Made by a program: the position numbers and the translations under genes. A stretch of DNA of 64,000 bases from Octopus bimaculoides (lineage: Eukaryota). Location of the stretch: contig NC_068984.1 of the NCBI RefSeq assembly GCF_001194135.2, forward strand, positions 55,339,972 through 55,403,971, given 5' to 3'. Below the pieces are notes generated by a model. It made no database searches. It was not told where the DNA came from and was given only the letters and a program-made list of their open reading frames with translations. Below, piece after piece: positions 1 to 12,569 of the stretch (its first letter is position 1; each line of letters opens with the position of its first letter).

Positions 1-39
1 TTTAGCAGACACATACCCATATGGAGAAAGGCTATTCAA

Positions 40-156
40 TTCATTCGTCGGGCTTCTGTCGATAAAGGAAAACCAACTTGTCCAACACGCCATGCAGCTA
101 GAGTTGAACTTGGTAGCTAGTGAATGCGAAACGAGCACCCTGACCATTCGGCAATA
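40..156 (-). mobile_element. Possible tRNA-derived SINE head (degraded)
   Basis: Minus strand reads TGCCGAATGGTCAGGG (A-box-like) and GTTCAACTC (B-box GTTCRANNC). No full cloverleaf. Confidence 0.35.
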
Positions 157-654
157 CTGGGGGTATGGAGATCTTACGAGTAAAGCAAAATTTAATACCA
201 TTCTAACATTCGTCAATATACTGTGGGTCTCCAAATTCTTATGTGCAATCAATATTATTCTATTTGTTAGTTATCCATCAATCTACATACATCTAATAAT
301 ACATGTTTATATACAGTTTAGCGAAGATGAGGGACAAACAGTTTACTGATAAAAAGTATTAAGAAACTTTCTTAAACAATTCTTATTTCGAGCGCAATTC
401 TCTTCGACAAACTCTTGTCTAATTCGCTTCAATCAAACAATCGTCGATTATATTACTGCTCAAAAATCTTTTCCTGAATTCATGCCAGTTTCTAAAAGAA
501 TTAATACTTTTTTTATCAATTAATAACTGAAATGAAAAAAAAACAATAATAAAGACCACACATATAGATGAGTGACAGTAATAGACTAAGGTAGTTCAGA
601 ACATTACCAGCCACTAACATACATACGTTTATCAATTTATATTAAATAATTACA

Positions 655-738
655 CATATGTATGCATTCATATATGTGTGTATGTATGCATATATGTATG
701 TTTGTATGTATGTATGCATATATGTATGCATGTATGTA

Positions 739-785
<47 letters not shown>

Positions 786-802
786 NNNNNNNNNNNNNNN
801 NN

Positions 803-862
<60 letters not shown>
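655..862. repeat. Compound microsatellite (TATG)/(TA)n-gap-(TG)n
   Basis: Direct reading; N-run at 786-802. Confidence 0.95.
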
Positions 863-864
<2 letters not shown>

Positions 865-1432
865 AATTGTATACGAATATATATTTGTATATATCTGTAT
901 GTATGAATCTATGCATAAATGGATCTGACATAAACTGATGTTCAAAGCAAGTTGTATAATAGTTACGTATAACTTCATTAATTCAATGAAATTGCTAAAA
1001 ATTATTTTACTTTCATATTATGCAGCATTTTAATATACCTGCCATTAAATATTGATACACTGATGAGAAGACATTGACGCAGGTGGAAAGTATTTTCATA
1101 GTGCTTTCTTTAAATAAAGAATGTCTTACATTCTTCGAAGTATTTCATCGTCTCACCATTCACTCAAATTTACTATATCCATTACTACATGGGCTTATGT
1201 GTTCTCCCAGTTTGAAGACAGTAGATTATACTTTACAAAGATGTTTTATTTTTATTTCTAGCAGTAAGTATGAACACTTTCGTTCATGAAATATGAAATA
1301 TTTTTGTAATTCAACGAAGAAGATATAGCACATCGGAAAACAAACACAAATGTAAAATTCTGCTCAATGTCTTTAACAATATTATTAGCGACATAAAGAG
1401 TACCAAAATTCCTTCTTCAATAAATCTTTTAA

Positions 1433-1646
1433 TATAGGAACCAGGCCTGAAGATTTAGGAGAGGGTTCTATTCGATTACATTGGACTCACTACTCAAATG
1501 GCTCTTATTTTATCAATTCATAGAAAACACAAAAGAGGGCAGGCAAAGTCAACTGCAACGGAATCTGAACTCCGAACGTAAAGTCAGAGGAGATACCACC
1601 AAACATTTTGTCCGGCGTAACAACGGTTCTGCAACGTCACGGCCTT
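1433..1646 (-). mobile_element. tRNA-derived SINE, family A
   Basis: Reverse complement aligns by eye with the other copies. Family consensus is roughly AAGGCGGYGAGCTGGCAGAATCGTTAG (A box)...GAGTTCAAATTCC (B box)...GTCGACTTTGCCTTTCATC...GATAAAATAAGTACCAG. Confidence 0.8.
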
Positions 1647-2832
1647 TTTTACTAGGTTAGAAAGAAAACTGCTTTATGGCCCTAGATTTATCGGGTTTCT
1701 CTGTCTTAAATAGAAGGCCTATATATTTCTCGGAGTCATTTGTACGTTTCAGAACACTTTATCGACAAAATACACACCCAAATATTAAAGCAACCTCATC
1801 GAAATTAAATATTAAATTATTTATTTCATATTATTCATTTCACTTTCACAGTACTGCCAGTGGATAGTGAAATATTTATTATTATTTAGTTACCTTTTTT
1901 ATAATATTTCATTCAATATATACCAAAATTAATACATTTCCTTCCACTCTGTTCATATATAAATAACAAAAATTATTTGAATGGACATAATTCAAAGAAG
2001 TTGCATATATTCTCACTAGTTCTGACTCAAGTCAATGAAGAGAAGATATAATAAATAACCGAACAATGTTGATTATATACTGAAAATTGAAATCTGAATG
2101 GTTCTCCTTGAATGTCTTCGGAATGAAATAAACGACTGTATTGGTTTGTGACAACCGAACAAAGAATTAAGCAAAGTTATTTCAGCATGATTTATGGTTA
2201 CATATATTTTATGGACAGTATCATAATTATACGAGTAAAGACGCAAAATTAAATTCATAACTTTTCCAACTTCTTTGTGACCGTAACATCGAAAATAGTG
2301 GCTAAGAGAGAATCTGTACCAGGCAACAGATATATATCTTAGCGCAGTAAACTATAGTGGTTAATATAGTCTGACATATTTATGGCGTATATACTGACGT
2401 CAAACAACTTCGAGTTTTCTCTAAATAGATGTTTTTAATGCGACCCACAGGCCATACTTGATCGATGAGAGCTATGATCAAAAGTACTCCAACCATGACC
2501 ACAACGTTATGTAAAGGATGTGCTTTGAGGCATATGTAGCAGCAATTTCTAAATGGTCAAGCTCTGTTTATAATTGTATTTCTTGTAGTTGATAAGCTGG
2601 TATTTTTCTACAAATGTTGCAAAATTGAATATTACATTACCAGGTTTTAACCGAGTGGAAAAGAAGTTAGATTCTCATCCGTTCCATTTCACTTACGTCA
2701 AGTGTTTATTGACTTAACCAGCCTCCAGCAGGGGGTCATCTATCAAGTATTGACAACCGGAACCTCGAGGCCTCAGGAATTGTGTCATGCACCTCAATCC
2801 TCAAATGGTGACGGAATTCACTGCACACGATA

Positions 2833-2852
2833 TCTATCTATCTATCTATCTA

Positions 2853-2897
<45 letters not shown>

Positions 2898-2990
2898 NNN
2901 NNNNNNNNNNNNNNNNNNNNNNNNNNNNNNNNNNNNNNNNNNNNNNNNNNNNNNNNNNNNNNNNNNNNNNATATATATATACATATATAA

Positions 2991-3033
<43 letters not shown>
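2833..3033. repeat. (TATC)n(TC)n-gap-(TA)n microsatellite
   Basis: Direct reading; N-run at 2898-2970. Confidence 0.95.
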
Positions 3034-3036
<3 letters not shown>

Positions 3037-3529
3037 TGTGCAGTGAATTATATATATAAAGCGAGAAAATACAGTGGACGGGACACAAAATGTGAGTGTT
3101 GTATTACTGAAACGCTAAACATCATGCAATTCAGAGATAACATCTTAAAAATCAGGGATCAAACCATCTCTTCCTGCATACACAAGCAATATTTTACACT
3201 CTAGCATTTCAAAGAGAACCCTCAACTACTCTACCAATGCCACCAGGATAGTCTCTTTACCTGAACGTAAACATTGGATAAATGCAATACACGAACTCCA
3301 CACATAGAAGATACATGCCTTCTTGATGAACTCCAGCACACAAATATACGAACATTAGACATACCCAGAATATAGTACATTATAGAAATTCATCATCAAG
3401 CACAGTTGTTTTCCCCAAATAAAACCCGGAGATAATCACTTAAAAGGTGACATCCAAGAGGAGCCCCTCTTGATTTCTTGTTTTCTTTGAAGAATTGTGA
3501 ATTCCCGAGAACTTTCGTGTTACACATTC

Positions 3530-3536
3530 GCGCGCG

Positions 3537-3631
<95 letters not shown>
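3530..3631. repeat. (CG)n(CA)n(TA)n alternating purine-pyrimidine tract
   Basis: Direct reading. Confidence 0.95.
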
Positions 3632-3634
<3 letters not shown>

Positions 3635-4204
3635 TGAATCTTCCATGTTAGTGAAACCCAAAATACGTGTACTTTGTGAGTGAAGCCCCATTGAGACATC
3701 CGCTATTTTCAGTATTCAAATACCAAATAAACTCTCATCTTGGAGACAACTTTTCAAATCATTCTATGCGTTAGCATGCCTTCCCTTAAATCAGACTAAG
3801 GTTTATAGGATTATCACCTTCTAACATGTCTTCCAATTTTACAGCAGTAAGTTATGATTCAGGCTAAATTCATTTGCTACTAATGGTAAGTCGATTGACA
3901 ACTTAAATTCTTTCAAGTTAGTTCATAGTTTTCTTCGTAACTATGATAAACGTTATAAAGTATATTTGGAAATCTTAGGGAGAATATTGAGTCAGAGCTG
4001 TTCATAGCCAAAATGAAATAATTATTTTTATACAAATGGATGGATCTCTACAAATATTGCAAGTTTTAACCATGAATTACATGTTTTCAGAAGTTTTCAT
4101 TATGACTGTTATTGACTCAGTATTCTGATTATATCTTATCTGCTTCTCAGAAAAGTACTTGTGAACCATCTTTACGGAGCGGTAGGGAGGCGCAAACACA
4201 AGAC

Positions 4205-4556
4205 AACATTGCCACATACAAAACACATACACATTACTATACACACAGACACACACACACACACACTCATGCACAATCACACATACATACACACATGCAC
4301 ACATATACACACCCAAAAACATACAAACACATATATCGTCGGTAAAACATATGTGTGTGTGCATGTGTGTGTATCTTTTACCGACGATATATGTGTTTGT
4401 GTGTGTGTGTGTGTGTGTATGTGTGTGTATGCCTGCGTGAATGTACATATAATCTGTGCGTCTCAACATAGATTTCAGTTATATCTATACACACCTCCTA
4501 CTGTACATTGATGATCTACTTGTTGTAATCTTAGAGCTCGCTATGCACAGACACAG

Positions 4557-4570
<14 letters not shown>
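4205..4570. repeat. Degenerate CA-rich / TG-rich / CA microsatellite zone
   Basis: Direct reading. Confidence 0.8.
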
Positions 4571-4600
<30 letters not shown>

Positions 4601-5359
4601 TTCAAACGTCATTCTGCATAACATTCAGTATACACTCATGATTGATTCACATGCAATCTAGACATATCACGCTAGATATTCTCAACTTCAAAGAAGCGAA
4701 ACCCAAAGATCTTATTTTAATGAGTGCATGGAATACACGAAAACACTATTCGAAATTTTCAATATTATTCAAATATTATTCAAATCGCGCCAGCAGTTCT
4801 AACACAGACACAGTTTTAATGTAGTCTTAGATATATTTGTTTCCATGATAAATATACTGCTGAAAAGAGGACAACTGATCAAAGTTCACCTGTCGTATAA
4901 ATGAAACCAATTAGAAATGAAATTATTGTAAATTATGGTTTCATGCATTTCCTAATATTTCTCATTAACATAATGGCACTTTTATAGCATTATACTTCCA
5001 CATTGTCATTCAAGATAATGAATCACTTTTAGCCACATCAATGTCGCAGCCCCATACCGAGATATTTCACTTAGAATATTATCTCATAGTGCTACTGTAG
5101 AGAAGAAAGTATAATTTCTTTATATTTTCTTCACAGAATTTCAGTGAAATATCCACAAATATCAACATCTCACATGACAACACGCGCGCGCGGCGGGCAC
5201 ACACACATATGCGTCCACACACATATGCGTCCACACACATATACATATACATATACATATACACCCACATATATCAGTATATATCTGTATATACATACAT
5301 ATACCTCTTTTTCTTCTCCTCTCCTTATCTCTCTTTATCCCAATCTTTCCCTAAATATA

Positions 5360-7975
5360 TACAGAAGGAAACGGCAGGCAAAGATTCCTCGAGACTGGGT
5401 AAGTGAAGAACTGAAACTCTTGTTGAGAGGGTCGCAATTAGCCGAAGGAGACAATCCAAATAATATTATAAAGGCAATTCTAAACAGTAATGGCTATATA
5501 AGGACTACAGCTCAGATAGAGCGAAAAAAAAACCCAAGAATTTATCAGCTCGTATGCTCTCATCAGACCTCACATTAGCACACCGGACACCATCTTTGCA
5601 CAGAAATTAAAAAAGGATGACAAGGATGCAAATCTTGATCTGAGTGACAGATGTTCCCCTGACCCCACTGTGCCATAAGGGAAGACACCTAAAACGAAAA
5701 TCAAAATTGATAGATCTACCAAAGAAAGCGACACCAGCACTGATGGCCCTACTACAACCAATATCAACACCCAAAAGTGCGAAAGAACCGATTAAGGGTT
5801 AAAATAAAGATAAAAGAAGTAAAAAGGATGACAATAGAAGAAAAAATGAAGCAAAAGACAAAAGAGAACCCCCAAGTAAAACGAAAAATTCAGACAGTCA
5901 ATATTCAAAGCCACAACCGGTTAGGAAACACACACAAGTGTGTTATTCTTTTCTGCACGGTGACTGCTGACAGGGACATGATGGTGCAAATTACTGCTTC
6001 CTGCATCCAAAACCATGCAACAGAAGACCAAAAGCACAAGCCTTCCTCCAAAAGACACGGGAAGGCTCCAAAGAGAAAAAAGTCGTACATCACCTGCATC
6101 AAAGCTAAAATACGTCCATGTAGTGCGCACTACCTCTAAAAACCAGCCCTATCCCGAAGCCATCATAAGGGTTACAGCTGAGCAATAATCTTTTTTACGC
6201 ATGGCTCAAAAGTTTGTCCCAAAACTAACCTGGCTACATCACTTCCAGAGTCGGAGCCATCCCCCACCAACACGCTAGATCGTCACAACCATTGCATCCA
6301 GCAATTTAGCTCGTTACTATGGCAACAGTCCGGATATTTATAGATCATCCCACGTATAAGACAACTCAACATAGATATATATGCTAAATATCGCCCACCA
6401 GATGCCTCAAATCACACGAGCAATACTCTAACCGACCAGGGTAAATAATATACTTACCTGATTTCTGTTTCACAGAAAATATGCATCTCATCCATGATGT
6501 GAAATTGACAACCAAACGAATCTCAAATCACAACACAATAGAGCTGATCATGTATAGACGAAAGGAATACACAGGCATGCAGCCTATGAGAAGCACGCAA
6601 AACCTATCCAATCTCAACTACCACAAAGCAGAATGGAAATCAATTGAGAAAGAGATCACCAAACGAAACTGTTCCCAATGTCTCTCTACACTTTACATAG
6701 ACATGAAATTGAAATTTTTCACGTTCGTGATGCAAACTATATGCTACAATTTTGCCTCAGAGAGAACGGCCACTGCACATAAAAACAAGATGCCCAAGGA
6801 GAGGAAAAGAGAGTAAAGATTGCAAACCGCCTCAACGGAGAACTCAACAGCAGTGAGAAACCACACCTGGAAACGTGGAAACGGCACTGCTGGATATTGA
6901 GAAACAACTGAAGCACTCGCATGAGAAGAAAAGAGCAGGCACGGAATCCTGGAGCATAGGAGATATAAAATGAGATCCCTAAAGCCTTCTATAGGTATGC
7001 CAAGGAGACTGTCTCTGTGAATTGCAGGGTAGGACCACGCACGGGAAACTCAATAAGAGTAGCTGAAACACTCAATAAACAAAACAAAAGTCTCTTCACC
7101 TACGACACATGCAAGTTAGCAAAACTGTAGAATTCTTCACCGCTACAGAAGCTGAACGAGGGAAGTAACAATTGATTTTTTCAATATCGAAGAAAAGAAT
7201 TTAATGCTAGCAATACTGTTGGCCTTAATAAATTCCCAGCAATCCTCCTCAATTCATGCAAATGAGTCCTTGCAAAACGATTATGCTATTGTTTCAGAGT
7301 TTCCCCGCAAATGGTAAGCTCCCGGACAAGCTAAAGGAAGGAATAATATGACATATGCATAAAGGAGGGAGCAGAGCAGATACTAAAACGTATAGGCCTA
7401 TCTATCTGACCTCACACATCAGCAAAGCCATGGACGAATAGTCTGAAGGAAATTAATTGCATTCCTTGGAAAGAATAAATTGCTGACTGACATCCAGTGT
7501 GGTTTGCGACCAGGTAAGAGCTGCCTGACATAGATCTTGCTGCATTACGTCTGGGTGCTAAAGAGGTGCTCAGAAACTCCAATGTGGACCTGATATATTT
7601 CGACTTTGCAAAAGCATTTGATAATGTCGGCCATCGTATGATTTGTCAGGCGCTCTGAACTCTTGGTATATTTGGAAAAGTTGGAGAATGGCTACATGAC
7701 TTTCTGAAAGATAGAAGTCAGGTAGTAGTGATCAAAACACAAATAGTGAGTCTCTCTGACATGCTCTCAGCTGCTCAAGTAACTATCCTTGCCAGCTATG
7801 CAGACAATACGAAAGTCACTGAAAGGATACAGACCCTGGAGACGTTGTGTATCTGCAACGTGAGTTGGGTGCAATATACAGTTGGGCTGAGCAATATAAC
7901 ATGCAATTTAATGCTGGAAAATTCCAAGCCCTCCGCAACCAACACAGAAAACTCAATAAAAGTCGTTCTTATATA
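5360..7975 (+). mobile_element. Degraded, internally deleted LINE of the CR1/L2 (Jockey-superclade) group: ORF1 with CCCH zinc finger, APE and RT remnants
   Basis: CCCH-like VCYSFLHGDC*QGHDGANYCFLHPKPC at about 5935-6020. APE motifs KYRPPD (about 6390) and PTRVNNILYL...SNHNTIEL (about 6435-6545). RT motifs YRPIYLTSHISK, VDLIYFDFAKAFDNVGH, GKVGEWLHDFLKDRSQVVV, YADNTK and MQFNAGKFQ. Many stops and frameshifts; the QGS-LGP motif is deleted. Confidence 0.85.
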
Positions 7976-8043
7976 GTAAATACAAAACCAATGTCTTATA
8001 TAGTGAAGAATAATAGAACACCTCTCTATCTATCTTTCTATCT

Positions 8044-8047
<4 letters not shown>

Positions 8048-8110
<63 letters not shown>

Positions 8111-9061
8111 NNNNNNNNNNNNNNNNNNNNNNNNNNNNNNNNNNNNNNNNNNNNNNNNNNNNNNNNNNNNNNNNNNNNNNNNNNNNNNNNNNNNNNNNNN
8201 NNNNNNNNNNNNNNNNNNNNNNNNNNNNNNNNNNNNNNNNNNNNNNNNNNNNNNNNNNNNNNNNNNNNNNNNNNNNNNNNNNNNNNNNNNNNNNNNNNNN
8301 NNNNNNNNNNNNNNNNNNNNNNNNNNNNNNNNNNNNNNNNNNNNNNNNNNNNNNNNNNNNNNNNNNNNNNNNNNNNNNNNNNNNNNNNNNNNNNNNNNNN
8401 NNNNNNNNNNNNNNNNNNNNNNNNNNNNNNNNNNNNNNNNNNNNNNNNNNNNNNNNNNNNNNNNNNNNNNNNNNNNNNNNNNNNNNNNNNNNNNNNNNNN
8501 NNNNNNNNNNNNNNNNNNNNNNNNNNNNNNNNNNNNNNNNNNNNNNNNNNNNNNNNNNNNNNNNNNNNNNNNNNNNNNNNNNNNNNNNNNNNNNNNNNNN
8601 NNNNNNNNNNNNNNNNNNNNNNNNNNNNNNNNNNNNNNNNNNNNNNNNNNNNNNNNNNNNNNNNNNNNNNNNNNNNNNNNNNNNNNNNNNNNNNNNNNNN
8701 NNNNNNNNNNNNNNNNNNNNNNNNNNNNNNNNNNNNNNNNNNNNNNNNNNNNNNNNNNNNNNNNNNNNNNNNNNNNNNNNNNNNNNNNNNNNNNNNNNNN
8801 NNNNNNNNNNNNNNNNNNNNNNNNNNNNNNNNNNNNNNNNNNNNNNNNNNNNNNNNNNNNNNNNNNNNNNNNNNNNNNNNNNNNNNNNNNNNNNNNNNNN
8901 NNNNNNNNNNNNNNNNNNNNNNNNNNNNNNNNNNNNNNNNNNNNNNNNNNNNNNNNNNNNNNNNNNNNNNNNNNNNNNNNNNNNNNNNNNNNNNNNNNNN
9001 NNNNNNNNNNNNNNNNNNNNNNNNNNNNNNNNNNNNNNNNNNNNNNNNNNNNNNNNNNNNN

Positions 9062-9095
<34 letters not shown>

Positions 9096-9115
9096 ATATG
9101 TATGTATGTATGTAT
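8048..9115. repeat. (TG)n - 951-nt N gap - (TA)/(TATG)n
   Basis: Direct reading; N-run at 8111-9061. Confidence 0.9.
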
Positions 9116-10844
9116 ACAATAAAACATATAAGCTCACTAAAAACTAATGTACAAGGCAATTTCATAGCAGCTTGTAGTATAATTGCGACAAGAGGTAAAA
9201 CTTTTAAATCTTTCACTTTGTAGTGACGAATTATATATAGACTATTACCGCTACCTGACATACATTTGTTTAAATTTACTAATGAACTTTAGCTTCTTAA
9301 AATGGAAACTGGAAATATTTCAGCTGAAATGGTATTCACAATATATGTAGCTAACAGCTGAGAAGCTAATTTGAAATCTTATTTTTTCCTCATACAACTT
9401 TTCATTGTTAGAAATTTTCTGTTTCAAAGACAATAATAAAGCACCATAATTTTCTATTGCTGTTGAGTTTTGAAACTTTGTAAGAATGCTCAAATTTTTC
9501 AATTACTGTCAATCCTAATTTTTATCGTTGGTCAACTTAATAACACATTCTGCCTAATTCATGTTTTATTTACAGGATTTGTCTTATGAAATAGTTGAAT
9601 TTCCTGGATTATTGACGTTGTTTGAATTTACTAGTTTTCGTAATCTATATATCTAAATTTGATGCAACATAAGATTGATTACCTTCAAGTTAATATCAGT
9701 GTTGTGGTAAAAATATTGTATATTAATTGTTTTTGAAATACAACGTTGCTCTAACAATTTGCAACATCAGGTTTTATGACAAATGTACAAACAAATAATA
9801 CTATTTAAATTCACAGAAACCCAAATTCTTCTTAGTATATTACGTTCTTCATTTATACATAGATCTCAAAGCTTGTTTACATGTTTTAGGTTTTGTATAG
9901 GTGGTGTTAGTGTGTTGTAAAGATTCTTTAGATTGTAATATCCGCTTTTGTCTGAATGTACCGGCCGATATATCGAATTATGCATGTAATTGACTATTAA
10001 TTGAAGACTAAAATTTGTTTCATTTGCAGTTGTGTGTACACCCTGTGATAGATGTCAGATCTCTGCACCGTCCCTATAAATGTAACCTTCTGTAGTGATG
10101 CATATTTTATATGTATATATAATGTCAGTGATTTTTGGCTTGGTGTTTTTATTACCCTGCATGTTATAAACTCTTCTTTACTGTATAGCCAGTTAATTAT
10201 ACTTTCTGTCTTAACACGTATACCGTATTACAACAATTACTTACAGAACACTCTGTACCGTCTTAAAAGCAAAGAAAATAATGTACTCTAAAATGTTAGA
10301 ATTAAACTTAAAGAATTAGCTCAACTTGCGTTTCATGTCAGCGGGGATATTAAGTTAATCTGAAATAATTAAGCTACGGACGACGAAATTATCAAAATTA
10401 TAATATTTAGCATTGAAATTTCTCAATATTATTCCTTTACTGTAAATATAAGGAATCATATACACGTAAGATATATTTATAAGATTGTATGCAAATTCAT
10501 GGCAATTCCTGAAAGAAATTAACACTGGAAATTTCAGCAATTATTAACATATAATTCTTGTCTCTATGCAATGTAGGTCTTGAATAAATATGAGAATATT
10601 TGCTTCTTTTATAAAAATTCAGTCTATCAATATATAGTGATCAATATACTGTAAACTAAACCTAAGTGCAAATTTTTAAGAACTATTTTCTTGTAATCCT
10701 ATGTCATAAGTGCAACGCTAATGAAACAAAATGAGAATATGGTTAGAAAAAATATCTTATTAACTTAAAACAAGCATATTTTAATAATGTTACATATAAG
10801 TTATGAGAAAACAATACACAAACATATCTACTTCTATATCTATA

Positions 10845-10852
10845 TTGTATAT

Positions 10853-10896
<44 letters not shown>

Positions 10897-11015
10897 GAGT
10901 GTGCGTGTGTGCATGAACGTGTCCATATGTATATGCATGAATGTGTGTGTGTATACGTGTGTGTGTGCGTGTCTGTTTGTGCGTTCATGCACCCGGGCGT
11001 GTATGTGTGTGAGTA
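10845..11015. repeat. (TA)n plus degenerate (TG)n
   Basis: Direct reading. Confidence 0.85.
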
Positions 11016-11454
11016 GAATAAGATGTGAATTCAGAAAATCATGTTGCCATCACGGTCTCGGGTAATAGTCCACATAGTAATAAATAAAAAAAAAAGACGT
11101 CTGTAATATAAGAAGCCCATGTAACTAAAAACCCAGTTGATCCGATTGATAAAATTATTTCTTGGGGAGTATATAAAACCATAAGGTCAGTAGGTATGAG
11201 GCGTGGATATATTTTTTCAACCACGTGAGTCCCATAGGAGTACTTCCGTTTCGCCATCTTCTTCATGCAATATTCATTTCAGTATTGGAGAAATAATGCG
11301 TCCAATTTTTGCATCAATATATATGCTCAGGATTATATAATACAACTGCGTATTCACATAATAATGCAAATAAAGAAAACTCGTACAACAGATCACCGGA
11401 TCATCACTGTTACGCCAACGATCCTATTCTAAATGTACACACAAAATGTACTCT

Positions 11455-11968
11455 TTATATATATATATATATATATNNNNNNNNNNNNNNNNNNNNNNNN
11501 NNNNNNNNNNNNNNNNNNNNNNNNNNNNNNNNNNNNNNNNNNNNNNNNNNNNNNNNNNNNNNNNNNNNNNNNNNNNNNNNNNNNNNNNNNNNNNNNNNNN
11601 NNNNNNNNNNNNNNNNNNNNNNNNNNNNNNNNNNNNNNNNNNNNNNNNNNNNNNNNNNNNNNNNNNNNNNNNNNNNNNNNNNNNNNNNNNNNNNNNNNNN
11701 NNNNNNNNNNNNNNNNNNNNNNNNNNNNNNNNNNNNNNNNNNNNNNNNNNNNNNNNNNNNNNNNNNNNNNNNNNNNNNNNNNNNNNNNNNNNNNNNNNNN
11801 NNNNNNNNNNNNNNNNNNNNNNNNNNNNNNNNNNNNNNNNNNNNNNNNNNNNNNNNNNNNNNNNNNNNNNNNNNNNNNNNNNNNNNNNNNNNNNNNNNNN
11901 NNNNNNNNNNNNNNNNNNNNNNNNNNNNNNNNNNNNNNNNNNNNNNNNNNNATATATATGTATGTATA

Positions 11969-12001
<33 letters not shown>

Positions 12002-12039
12002 GTGTGTGTGTGTGTGTTTGTGTGTGTGTGTCTGTGTGT

Positions 12040-12096
<57 letters not shown>

Positions 12097-12102
12097 CATA
12101 TA
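11455..12102. repeat. (TA)n-gap-(TA)/(TG)n
   Basis: Direct reading; N-run at 11477-11951. Confidence 0.9.
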
Positions 12103-12569
12103 TGCAATGTAGGGCCGAAACTGTACAAAATAAAATTGATTTGATCTGTAGAACGAATGATATATTCCTTCGTATCAAGTGATTCTAAGTATTAGATACA
12201 CATTTAAGAAATTTACCACATCTAATGTAAAAGATACGATTCAAAAAGTTGAAGCAAATCTAGATTAAGTAAAAAAAAAAAAGAGTAAAAAATGTATAAA
12301 AATATTAGCAAAAAATATGAATGATTTCCTAGTCAAAGCGATTACACATTTCTGTGCGCAACGAAAATAGATGGAGATTTAAATATTCCACAAAAATAAT
12401 GGCTAAATGGCAGGTCAAGTAAAACAAAGAGATATCATTTAACAACGCTAAAGTGAAGAAAGTATTTCAACCTTCAAGATATTTTCTCACACATTCGATG
12501 CACATTCATCAAATATACATTGCTGCATAATGGATTGAAGTAAAACAGCAAAACACACATTCACACGAA

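Noticed and set aside
6451-6462. Perfect minus-strand splice donor CAG|GTAAGTA
   Set aside because: It lies in the LINE APE motif NILDL and is explained by one mutation.
7847-9261. Long ORFs of 350-458 aa spanning N-runs, here and at 11.3-12.2, 29.1-29.6, 45.0-46.2, 51.5-51.9, 53.6-54.3 and 61.6-62.2 kb
   Set aside because: Artefacts of N gaps and dinucleotide/trinucleotide repeats (poly-VC, HT, IY, N).
11039-11266. 75-aa minus-strand ORF with a hydrophobic C-terminus
   Set aside because: No recognisable family or convincing splice sites, and the hydrophobic part comes from an A-run.
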